Shown here: in pieces, positions 11,001 through 18,366 of the stretch | Layout of the letters: the number at the start of each line of letters is the position of its first letter | How positions within the stretch are numbered: the first letter of the stretch is position 1 | Source of the DNA: an uncultured Lachnobacterium sp. | GTDB lineage: Bacteria > Bacillota > Clostridia > Lachnospirales > Lachnospiraceae | DNA: 64,000 bases | Direction: 5' to 3' | Assembly: GCA_964449855.1 (NCBI GenBank) | Contig: CAYVGA010000001.1 | Coordinates: 7,348 to 71,347, forward strand | Notes under the pieces: generated by a model | Seen by the model: the letters and a program-made list of their open reading frames with translations, nothing else | Database searches by the model: none | What the model was told of the DNA's origin: nothing | Program-made: the position numbers and the translations under genes

Positions 11001-14000
11001 CTCGATTTATCGTACTTGCACCATCCTGCTTGGTATATTTCCAAGAGAAACTTTCAACACCGATTCCAGCATCATATGCCACAAACGTCACTTTTACTTT
11101 TGGTTTGTAAAAACCTAGTGTCACGGTTTCTAAAACCTTATCAAACAATGTTTTTATCAGTGCCTTTTCATTATCTGCAACATCATCATAGAGAATCTCA
11201 ATTTTTTCAGGTGCCTTATGGTCGACAACAAACTGTTCCGGTTCACATGTGACTGCCTGACGCTGTGAAATGTCCGTATAATTAATGTTCAAATTATAGA
11301 TACCATCCATTTTCTGGTCTGTTGTACATGTATAAGTATATGTATCAGTAGCACCCTCAACCTTTGTCCACTCTGCTTCCTGAAGGAGTTTTTGTAAATC
11401 AGCTGCCGTAAATGAAACATCCTTTCCATTCACATCCTGTATCATTGATTTTTCTAATAAGGTTGTATCTTCTGATACTAAGAAAACATCCTCCGGTCTA
11501 AAATTATGCTCGATTACAGTAAATGTCATTTCCTGCGATTCTTTGTCATAAGAAAACTTCACTTCTGGCTCTGTTTCATCAATTGTAAGTACATGAGATT
11601 CATACACCATTTTATTTCCAGATTTATCTGTATATTCCAAATAGAATTTGTAATCACCATCATTTGAAATATTCTCTGATGAATCAACAACAGCGACACT
11701 ATTACCATTTATTGTGTATCTGCCAACATGTACATCTGCTTCTACAGTATCCCATTCAATATCTGTCCATTCTTTGTTATCCCACTCAATATCTTCAATA
11801 GGTATCTGAACTTTTTCATTGCCATCCTTTGAAACATATGCTTTTACATCCCTTGCATCAAAGTTAGCTTCATTAATAAAGAAAATAACTTCAAACTCAT
11901 CATCGTAATATGCCTGACCATCAACAGTTTCTTTTGGTTCTGCATAAAATACATTTTGTTCCGGTGCTTTATTATCAATAATAAAAATCTGTTCATTATC
12001 TTCCAATACAGTACTTACATGCCCTGCCCAATCCGTTACCTGAATCATTAAATAACCATGGAACTGTTTTTTATTTTCAGAGGAATCATCATAATTTCTT
12101 GGTATACGAACTTCTGCACTATAAGCTATATTATTCTCATCAACCTCAATCGTTGTCCATTCTGCATCTGATGCCTCATTTATATTACTTGAAGCACCTA
12201 ATTTTATATATTTCCACTGAACAGTTTTGATGCCAGAAGCATACGCATCCGTATCTTTTGCTGTAAGTATTACATCAACATAATCTTTATAGTATTTATC
12301 ATTATCTGTATCACTTTCCGGCTTATATTCTACTGTAATAGAATCCGGTGCGGCATTGTCTATTACAAATGATGAAACATTTTCCGTTCCCTCTTTTGTT
12401 GTCACAGTAACATTCTGCATACCAGCCTTATTTACATATGTAAGTTTGGTAGTATCAATCGTATATGTGCCATCATCTTCAAAAGAACATGTGCCAATAT
12501 GTACATCCTTTTCACAATCAGTAACATTTACACAATCCCATGTAATATCCGATTCTGTAATACCAATTGCATCACCATTTTTCTTAATTGCTGCTTTTAA
12601 CGCATCAAGCACATTTTCAGCTAAAAATGTATCACCTCGATCTTTTACTGTAATTTGTAATTCTCGACTTGTATAATATTTGCCTGTTACACCTATTTCT
12701 TTAGTATCGGAAAAAGCTAATTCCATTTCAGGTGATGTTGCATTAATTGGTAATGCAATTGTTTTTACCATTGCATTTCCTGCACGATCCATTACCTTAA
12801 TCCACACTTTTGTATACGGACTATTATTTTCTTCCGCATTTACTACTATAGATTTTTGTATATCTTCTAATGAAATACTCTGTTTTATGTCATTTCCTGT
12901 TTCAAATGTATACAAAATGGTTCTATCAATATCACTGATACTGTCATATTCTGTAACAGTACCAGCCTTACCAAAGACATCCTCTGTATTTGTAATAAAA
13001 TACTCAATACTTCCAATACCCGAATAGTCTCCATTATCTGTAACTAAAATGGAAATTGTCACATTTTCATTGTAGTAACCGTATTCATTTTTCTCAGGTG
13101 TAATTTTTACATCATCGCTTACTTCTGTTGGTGTACTGTCAACAATTAAACAAATGGAATTATCCAATGTAATTGTATGCCATTCTGCAAACATTTCATT
13201 TTCTGCACAATAGTATGCATCAATTGCTACGATTGCTGCATCACCTGAAATTCCTACCTTTTTAAGGGATTCTGTATCTTCAACCGGACTATCTTCCCCT
13301 TCTTTATATACTCGGATTTTCTCCTGCTCTGTTGTGAAAATAATCGCATCATTTTCCTTTAAGACAAAATAATTTCCATTCACAGAACGTAATGCATTTG
13401 CATCATCAATGGTATAATCTGTATCTTTTCCAGCAGAAATCTTACAAAATTCTACAGATATTTCTTTATTTTCTTTAACATCTGAAATCTTAAATGTATA
13501 TGTGCCATCTGTATTTCTGGTAATTTCACTTACATCTATAAGAGTATTATTAACTGTAATGCCATCTTTTTTCATCGTATAACCCGAATCCGGAGTTACT
13601 GTTACAGTTACCTCTCCGAAATGTTCAACACTTCCTGTTGCTGTTGAAAGTACAACACTTCCATTGTCCGAAGTATTTGTTGTTATACCATATACATTTA
13701 ATGCAAATGTAATTTCAACCGTATGATTTGTTTTATCTTCCGTTGATACTTCGCTGGTATATGTTGAATTATTTGCTGTATCAATATCTGAAATTTCTGT
13801 ATCATCAATTTTTACAGAAATAACTCTGTATCCATCTTTTGGAGTTGCAGTAAATTTAAATTTTGAACCATATACAACCGATGTAACGGAACCGGCAATA
13901 ACCTCCTGCGTTGTATTAAAATCTGTTACAGCACCTTTTTCATCATCATACGTTACTGTAATTGTATATATTTTTGTAAACTGAACCTTGATATTATCCG

Positions 14001-15285
14001 TTCCACTTACAGTTCCTTCAAATGTTGTTTTATCTGCATTGTCTGTAATCTTCTCTTCGTTTCCAATTACAACACTTGAGATAATAAACCCTTCACTTGG
14101 AGTAACTTGAATGGCTACACTATCTTCCGTATCTACTGTTACACTACTTACATCATTTGTATTTAATGTAACTGTTCCACCGTCTTCTCCATCTGCACCA
14201 CCGATTGCTTCTTCTGAAACAGAAACTGTATAATACTGTCCTATCTCAATCTGAATATTCACTGCATCACTTGCAGAAAAAGTATTTGTGTATTCCATTC
14301 CTTCTTCTATGGATAAATCTTCACTATCCTCTCCAATAGTTACTTTTTTTACATAGAAACCATCGTTTGCAATGATTTTATAAGAAATCGTTTCTCCATC
14401 AGGAACTGTAACCGTTCCGGTATTACTTTCGTTAAATACAACTGTTTCATTGTTTATTACAACAGTTGCTTTATTTGCATCTGAAATAGAAACTGTAGTA
14501 TTCACACTTTCCTTTAAGATAACTTCCTGCGTATATGCCTCTGTACATTCACTTAAATTCACCGAAAAACTCTGTGAAATGTATCCCTCACATGAAACTT
14601 TTACCCATAAACATCCACTGGATTTATCTACGGAATTTTCTTCCAGGACAAGAAGTGTTCCATCTGTACCTGCTGCTCTTGTTACCGAAATCCAAGCAGA
14701 AGAATCCTCTGGTAATGTTTCTGAATCAGCAATAATATACTGCACCTGTAAATTCTCTGAAATAAACTGCATATCTGCATCTGTAACTTTAACAGAAATT
14801 GCTGCATTATTTTTGATTTCTTCTGTCGTCACAGAAAGGGACATTTCGATCGTCTTCTCTTGATTCTCTGTTGTCAGAGAATCGCATGCAACCGATTCTA
14901 ACCTTTCATCATATCCATCACATGTTACTTTTATATAGACATTTTTTCCTGTCGAAGTAGCAACTAAATCTGCTGGAAGAATAAATTTTCCATCCTCATT
15001 TGATTCTTCTTCAAGTTCTGTCCATTCTACACCCTCTGCTTTCGCATCCACTTCACTTGCAGCAACTGTATACTGCACAGTTGCATTTGAAAGAGCAACT
15101 AAATCTTCTGCCACTTCTGACTCTTTCCCTTTAATATAAATTGTTAAGGCTTTATTATTTTTTACCTCTTCACTCTGTTCTGTAGCATACGTTACCACTG
15201 GCAATGGTATAGATGTACATACCATGAACAACGCCAATGCCATCGCAAGTATTCGTCTGCCCACACCGTTTATCCTCTTTTTCAT
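5077..15285 (-). CDS. Giant (3402 aa) secreted, C-terminally membrane-anchored Ig-like repeat protein
   Basis: Sec-type signal (MKKRINGVGRRILAMALALFMVC); many beta-rich repeats ending D-x-A-G-N/ID..AP; C-terminal TM (LFYGAIVGTAGVAGLAGFGI) plus basic tail; RBS AAGGAG. Confidence 0.88.
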   Translation of the reverse strand: MKKRINGVGRRILAMALALFMVCTSIPLPVVTYATEQSEEVKNNKALTIYIKGKESEVAEDLVALSNATVQYTVAASEVDAKAEGVEWTELEEESNEDGKFILPADLVATSTGKNVYIKVTCDGYDERLESVACDSLTTENQEKTIEMSLSVTTEEIKNNAAISVKVTDADMQFISENLQVQYIIADSETLPEDSSAWISVTRAAGTDGTLLVLEENSVDKSSGCLWVKVSCEGYISQSFSVNLSECTEAYTQEVILKESVNTTVSISDANKATVVINNETVVFNESNTGTVTVPDGETISYKIIANDGFYVKKVTIGEDSEDLSIEEGMEYTNTFSASDAVNIQIEIGQYYTVSVSEEAIGGADGEDGGTVTLNTNDVSSVTVDTEDSVAIQVTPSEGFIISSVVIGNEEKITDNADKTTFEGTVSGTDNIKVQFTKIYTITVTYDDEKGAVTDFNTTQEVIAGSVTSVVYGSKFKFTATPKDGYRVISVKIDDTEISDIDTANNSTYTSEVSTEDKTNHTVEITFALNVYGITTNTSDNGSVVLSTATGSVEHFGEVTVTVTPDSGYTMKKDGITVNNTLIDVSEITRNTDGTYTFKISDVKENKEISVEFCKISAGKDTDYTIDDANALRSVNGNYFVLKENDAIIFTTEQEKIRVYKEGEDSPVEDTESLKKVGISGDAAIVAIDAYYCAENEMFAEWHTITLDNSICLIVDSTPTEVSDDVKITPEKNEYGYYNENVTISILVTDNGDYSGIGSIEYFITNTEDVFGKAGTVTEYDSISDIDRTILYTFETGNDIKQSISLEDIQKSIVVNAEENNSPYTKVWIKVMDRAGNAMVKTIALPINATSPEMELAFSDTKEIGVTGKYYTSRELQITVKDRGDTFLAENVLDALKAAIKKNGDAIGITESDITWDCVNVTDCEKDVHIGTCSFEDDGTYTIDTTKLTYVNKAGMQNVTVTTKEGTENVSSFVIDNAAPDSITVEYKPESDTDNDKYYKDYVDVILTAKDTDAYASGIKTVQWKYIKLGASSNINEASDAEWTTIEVDENNIAYSAEVRIPRNYDDSSENKKQFHGYLMIQVTDWAGHVSTVLEDNEQIFIIDNKAPEQNVFYAEPKETVDGQAYYDDEFEVIFFINEANFDARDVKAYVSKDGNEKVQIPIEDIEWDNKEWTDIEWDTVEADVHVGRYTINGNSVAVVDSSENISNDGDYKFYLEYTDKSGNKMVYESHVLTIDETEPEVKFSYDKESQEMTFTVIEHNFRPEDVFLVSEDTTLLEKSMIQDVNGKDVSFTAADLQKLLQEAEWTKVEGATDTYTYTCTTDQKMDGIYNLNINYTDISQRQAVTCEPEQFVVDHKAPEKIEILYDDVADNEKALIKTLFDKVLETVTLGFYKPKVKVTFVAYDAGIGVESFSWKYTKQDGASTINRDTDTEYSLEKAGQDKDDLSKYTATITLPKVDKEQLRGYLTVYATDAYGNGKEQENLVSDLDNVIIVDSIAPTMTAEYSPADRVVGTTSYYNDIAEVTFTVTEANFYAEDVEVMVSKDGGTPYVVTPKWTDTNVDTHVGTLTLSGDGDYVITVNYTDNSTNQMTPYVSHTITIDTIQPIIDVVYENTNVINTLTDRDGMEREYFADTQTAVITITEHNFNAEDVVFDIKATDVIGTELDVNSLHVKSEWKAGEKPDTHVLTITYPGDANYIFDIAYSDLAMNASADYATDYFTVDKTTPVNLNIEYSTSILEDMLEKLSFGFYNAKVTATITAEDEVSGVNEFIYSYKNADGVSKVNAELINQVITSSKITYSNDGKTATAQFEIPKDVLTETNQFNGTVSFNAIDRAGYENTLEDAKRIIVDNIVPTMTVEYSVADRVVGTTSYYNDIAEVTFTVTEANFYAEDVEVMVSKDGGTSYVVTPKWTDTNVDTHVGTFTLSGDGDYVITVNYTDRSTNQMTPYVSHTITIDTIQPIIDVVYENTNVINTLTDRDGMEREYFADTQTAVITITEHNFNAEDVVFDIKATDVIGTELDVNSLHVKSEWKAGEKPDTHVLTITYPGDANYIFDIAYSDLATNACADYAKDYFTVDKTGPTNLNVTYSTSILETILETILGKIPFGFYNAKVDVTISADDMVSGVHEFVYSYKNADGVSEVNAELINQAILASEITYSNAGKTATAKFQIPKDVLTEVNQFNGTVSFDAMDRAGCESTFMDNKRIVVDNIAPTAQISYNEPVNKEGTISYYDGNVTATIVVTEANFYAEDVVVMLTKDGGTAYAVTPTWEGNSADIHTGTFILVEDGDYFVTISYRDKSSNEMVIYTSEQLTIDTQNPELDFSFDRENQKMVFTVTEHNFRPQDISLNKNGTITDINGKAIEGLSIAELESILQTAEWTENENDVYTYEITSCPDGIYNFEINYTDLALRNAETCKSDEFIIDHTVPSNVEITYSKSLLETILETITFGFYKADVKVTFTAYDQTAGVDYFTWNYTKENGASDINRATDVETTQADAVQDAKDKSKFTATITLPDTDAKQLRGYLAAAATDNYANAGEKVTDSGRIVVVDSIAPIMTAEYSAADRVVGTTSYYNDIAEVTFTVTEANFYAEDVEVMVSKDGGTAYAVTPKWTDKNVDTHVGTFTLSGDGDYVITVNYTDRSTNQMTPYVSHTITIDTIQPIIDVVYENTNVINTLTDRDGMEREYFADTQTAVITITEHNFNAEDVVFDIKATDVIGTELDVNSLHVKSEWKAGEKPDTHVLTITYPGDANYTFDMAYSDLATNASADYATDYFTVDNTTPINLNVAYSTSILETILEAITFGFYDAKVDVTLTADDEVSGVHEFMYSYTIADGVSAVNAELINQAIAASDITYSNVGKTATVHFEIPKDVLTDANQFNGIISFEATDRAGLKNTLSDNKRIIVDNIAPTAQVTYSEPVNTEGTISYYDGNVNATVVITEANFYAEDVSVMVSKDGGASYEITPTWDNNSVDIHTGTFTLTEDGDYFITINYRDKSSNEMVVYTSEQLTIDTDIQEPTITFNGNNEDRMAYKGEIIPEISFSDVNYDSFEVFLYRTYMDAIGVDITEEKGIHNLFSISEETGNASLNVFGLGEDGKYNPNDDGIYRLLITMQDKAGHTIEKEAYFTINRYGSVYAYNEYLVNLIADGGAFVNAVTEDLVITEYNADRLVTDSLDIEITRDGKPLEDVKYTVSPVIDENASVGSSGWYQYEYVISKENFILDGIYKISISSTDATGNKPENSNFEDKNILFYVDSTVPEITSITGLEKAIVDATELEITYMVFDAIGLKAIKIYVDDEILQEITDFTDDFNNYSNSFVLEESEDERAIRIVVEDMAGNITDTAAEDFTSAYVFNDGVTVTTNAFVRFYANKPLFYGAIVGTAGVAGLAGFGIRRFRLKKKTK
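7031..7584. repeat. Intragenic near-identical ~554-bp repeat, copy 3
   Basis: Matches 9134-9687 and 10199-10752 with scattered substitutions (same start TTTGCATCTCCCGGATATG, same end GAAGTAGTTCCTAC). Confidence 0.9.
9134..9687. repeat. Intragenic near-identical ~554-bp repeat, copy 2
   Basis: Offset 2103 nt from copy 3 and 1065 nt from copy 1; both offsets are multiples of 3. Confidence 0.9.
10199..10752. repeat. Intragenic near-identical ~554-bp repeat, copy 1
   Basis: Encodes VGTTSYYNDIAEVTF...HVLTITYPGDAN, as do the other copies. Confidence 0.9.
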
Positions 15286-15308
15286 TTTCCGTTCTCCTTT
15301 TTGTATTC

Positions 15309-15878
15309 TTAGTCAATCGTTTCATTGGTATGAATCAACATTACTTCTTCTAACAAAACAAATTGGATAGCATTCGCTTCCAAATCTCTGTTTTCCATCT
15401 GGTTCTCCCTCAGTAAACTTATTGTCTCTTCATCTTCTTTTAACAGTCCTGTTTCTTCTGATTCTTCAATAACATCTGTCTGTAATAAACCTGTTTCTTC
15501 ACTTTCGACTAACAGATCCGTTTTATCCTCCGCACAAATCTTTGCTCGATTTTCGTCTAAAAGACCTGTTTCCGGCATTATATCTGATGAATTTAAGGTC
15601 CTTTTTAATTTTTCTGTTAGCATTTCAGATTCAGACATTGTTTCTGTTAATTTTCCACGTCTAACATTTGTCTTACTTGGTTTATATGATTTATTTCCTG
15701 TCTTTTCGTTATCTGCCCGCATCTTTTCAATGGATTTTCGTGCTGTACGTCCACTTAAATCACCGATAACAGATGGAATATTAAAACGTATCCAGAAAAA
15801 AACTGCCAATAGAAAACTTATACCCGCAAGCACAAAGGAGACTAATGATATCGTGTTTAAAATTTCTGATACCGACAT
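15309..15878 (-). CDS. Single-pass membrane protein with acidic T-x-x-L repeat tail
   Basis: N-terminal TM (ISLVSFVLAGISFLLAVFFWI), basic juxtamembrane segment, repeats ETGLL/KTDLL/ETISLL; RBS AAGGAG. Confidence 0.8.
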   Translation of the reverse strand: MSVSEILNTISLVSFVLAGISFLLAVFFWIRFNIPSVIGDLSGRTARKSIEKMRADNEKTGNKSYKPSKTNVRRGKLTETMSESEMLTEKLKRTLNSSDIMPETGLLDENRAKICAEDKTDLLVESEETGLLQTDVIEESEETGLLKEDEETISLLRENQMENRDLEANAIQFVLLEEVMLIHTNETID

Positions 15879-15881
15879 AAA

Positions 15882-17570
15882 CTAACTCCTTTCTTCCGTA
15901 TTCTGGTAAATACGAATAATTGCTTCTCGATAAGATTCATAATTTCCTACAATCTCTTCTCTCAACTTCATAGATTGGTCTTTCTGAACCGATAATGCAT
16001 TTGCACTACTATAAACCGTTTCCATTAAATCTAAAATATCCTGCTGTTCTACGTTTACAGAAACCATATTTGCACGTTGATCATATAACAACATAAATGC
16101 ACCATTGTATAAGGTTAACTGATCATACGCTCCGGCAGTTTTTACATCATCCAAAGCCGTATAAATTGTCTCAAATAACATCTCATAATCTTCTTTTGAT
16201 GCCTCTTCCACTGTTGCAGAACTTAAAATATATTTTTTATAGAAAGAACAAATCTGATAGTAACAATCGTTTATGTTCTTCTGTGTAAACTCTGCTGGTA
16301 ATTCTGCATTTTCATAATTAGCTGTAAAAAATGGATACGCTTTTTGCACACGATTTGAAAAGCTATAACTTCCATCAGTATCTGTATAATAATTGAAATA
16401 CATCATTCCAATTTTGTAATTTAACTCCGCAACCTCTACTGTTGCATTATCAAACCCTTCTTTGTTCGCATTATAGATTGCCAGAAATTCATCATTTTCT
16501 GTCTTGCTAAACTCGCCGGCTTCCTCATATGCTTCCAACATCTTTAAATATGCCTGCGTATTATCCGGATACAGCTCTATTGCCTGTGTATAACTTTTAA
16601 TCTTCTCCTCTAAAGATGTAGATGACATTACAGAAATTAAATTCTCATATGTATTATTGTTAATATTGGTAGATGCCAGATTACATCCTATTCCGGTAAG
16701 CAACATTATGAAACTAAATGCTGCCGATACAACAAAAGTAATTAACTTACGCTTTTGCCTCTTTTTAAATCCTTTTGTAATTAAATCAGGATGCTCTAAA
16801 TCGTATAATAAATCCGCACAAGTCTGATAACGATTTTCTGCTGCCGGCTGCACACACTTATCAATAATTATCTCTATACCTTCAGATAATTCCGGATTCC
16901 ACTGTCTTACAGATACATAAGCCTCTTTATTTCTAGGATCTACACCCGTCAATAAATGGTGCATCGTCATACCTAATGCAAAAATATCTGAACGTGCATC
17001 TGTCTGACCATTATACTGTTCCGGCGGAGCATATCCTCGTGTACCTAATACTGTGGTATCTGCCAAACTTAATTCCTTATATTCTCGTGCAATACCGAAA
17101 TCAATAATTTTGACATTCCCTTCTGGCTTTAACATAACGTTTGCGGGTTTCATATCTCGATATATGATAGGTGGCTTCTGATTATGTAAATAAGACAATG
17201 CATCACAAAGCTGTTTGGCCCATCCGATTACCAATTCTTCTGACTGTACTCCGTACTCATTTAAAATTTTGTCTAATGATTCTCCCTCTATATAGTCCAT
17301 TACTACATAAATAGTAATGCCATTATCGATAATATCTACAATTCGGGGTAAGGCAGGATGATCCAGTTTTTTCATTAGATTTGCTTCAGCCAATAAACTA
17401 TTCACCACAATTTGGTCTTTTTCCCCACTACCTTTTTTACGAATTTCCTTAACAGCCCACTGCTTATTCAAACGTGTATCCATTGCCAGATAAACAATGG
17501 ACATGCCACCACGACCAATTTCCCTTAATATTTCGTACTTCTCATCAATGATTGTGCCGATTTTTGTCAT
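15882..17570 (-). CDS. Membrane-bound Hanks-type Ser/Thr protein kinase with helical/TPR-like C-terminal domain
   Basis: GRGGMSIV, WAVK, YRDMKPAN, DFG and GTRGYAPPE motifs; TM LITFVVSAAFSFIMLLTGIG; YTQAIELYPDNTQAYL is TPR-like. Confidence 0.93.
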   Translation of the reverse strand: MTKIGTIIDEKYEILREIGRGGMSIVYLAMDTRLNKQWAVKEIRKKGSGEKDQIVVNSLLAEANLMKKLDHPALPRIVDIIDNGITIYVVMDYIEGESLDKILNEYGVQSEELVIGWAKQLCDALSYLHNQKPPIIYRDMKPANVMLKPEGNVKIIDFGIAREYKELSLADTTVLGTRGYAPPEQYNGQTDARSDIFALGMTMHHLLTGVDPRNKEAYVSVRQWNPELSEGIEIIIDKCVQPAAENRYQTCADLLYDLEHPDLITKGFKKRQKRKLITFVVSAAFSFIMLLTGIGCNLASTNINNNTYENLISVMSSTSLEEKIKSYTQAIELYPDNTQAYLKMLEAYEEAGEFSKTENDEFLAIYNANKEGFDNATVEVAELNYKIGMMYFNYYTDTDGSYSFSNRVQKAYPFFTANYENAELPAEFTQKNINDCYYQICSFYKKYILSSATVEEASKEDYEMLFETIYTALDDVKTAGAYDQLTLYNGAFMLLYDQRANMVSVNVEQQDILDLMETVYSSANALSVQKDQSMKLREEIVGNYESYREAIIRIYQNTEERS

Positions 17571-17580
17571 GTATCTCACC

Positions 17581-18348
17581 TCACTCCGCTTTAATCAGTA
17601 TGACCGATATATTATCCTTTTCTTTACGTGTTTTTACCAAATCAATTATTTTTTTTGCATTATTATGCATTTGTTGCTTATTTTTTAGTTTTGCTGCATT
17701 TAAAGTTCGATACATTTCTTCTTCTGTTATTTCGTGACGGAAACCATCCGAACAAAGCATATAAACACCTTTTTGTGTATCCCCAAAAACAATTTCCGGT
17801 TCTACGCTTTGAGATGCACCAACACATTGTAAGAGCATATTTCTTCGTTTATCTTTTTTTGCCTGTTCCAGTGTCATATTTCCACGAGCAATCTCTCTTG
17901 CAACAAATGTCTGATCTGTTGTTAACTGCTTCATTTCCTTGCAAATTTCATAAACTCGTGTATCTCCTACATGTACAATCAAATATTTATCATCTATCAT
18001 GAGAATACCTGAAAATGTAGTTCCAATTCCCTGTCCTTTCATGGACTTACTGAAACCCAAAATTTTCAAATTGAGTTCCTTTAATAAAAATGACCATTTT
18101 TCTGCGATCACCTGCATATTCAATTGGTTTAATTCATATGGCAATTCTTTATCAAACCACTTTGCAAATGCACGTATTACTGTAGCACTTGCTACTTCTC
18201 CAAGTGCTAAACCACCCATACCATCACAGATAATTGCCATTAGTATTTCTCTCTCATCACTCTTCGCATGTTTAATCAAAAGACTATCTTGGTTGATATC
18301 TTTTATTAATCCTATATCTGTATCTGCTGTCGCTTTAAATTGCATCAT
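17581..18348 (-). CDS. PP2C/PPM-family Ser/Thr phosphatase
   Basis: NQDS, CDGMGG, HVGDTR, LCSDG and DNIS motifs. Confidence 0.93.
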   Translation of the reverse strand: MMQFKATADTDIGLIKDINQDSLLIKHAKSDEREILMAIICDGMGGLALGEVASATVIRAFAKWFDKELPYELNQLNMQVIAEKWSFLLKELNLKILGFSKSMKGQGIGTTFSGILMIDDKYLIVHVGDTRVYEICKEMKQLTTDQTFVAREIARGNMTLEQAKKDKRRNMLLQCVGASQSVEPEIVFGDTQKGVYMLCSDGFRHEITEEEMYRTLNAAKLKNKQQMHNNAKKIIDLVKTRKEKDNISVILIKAE

Positions 18349-18366
18349 CTGTCTCTCCTTGCCATT

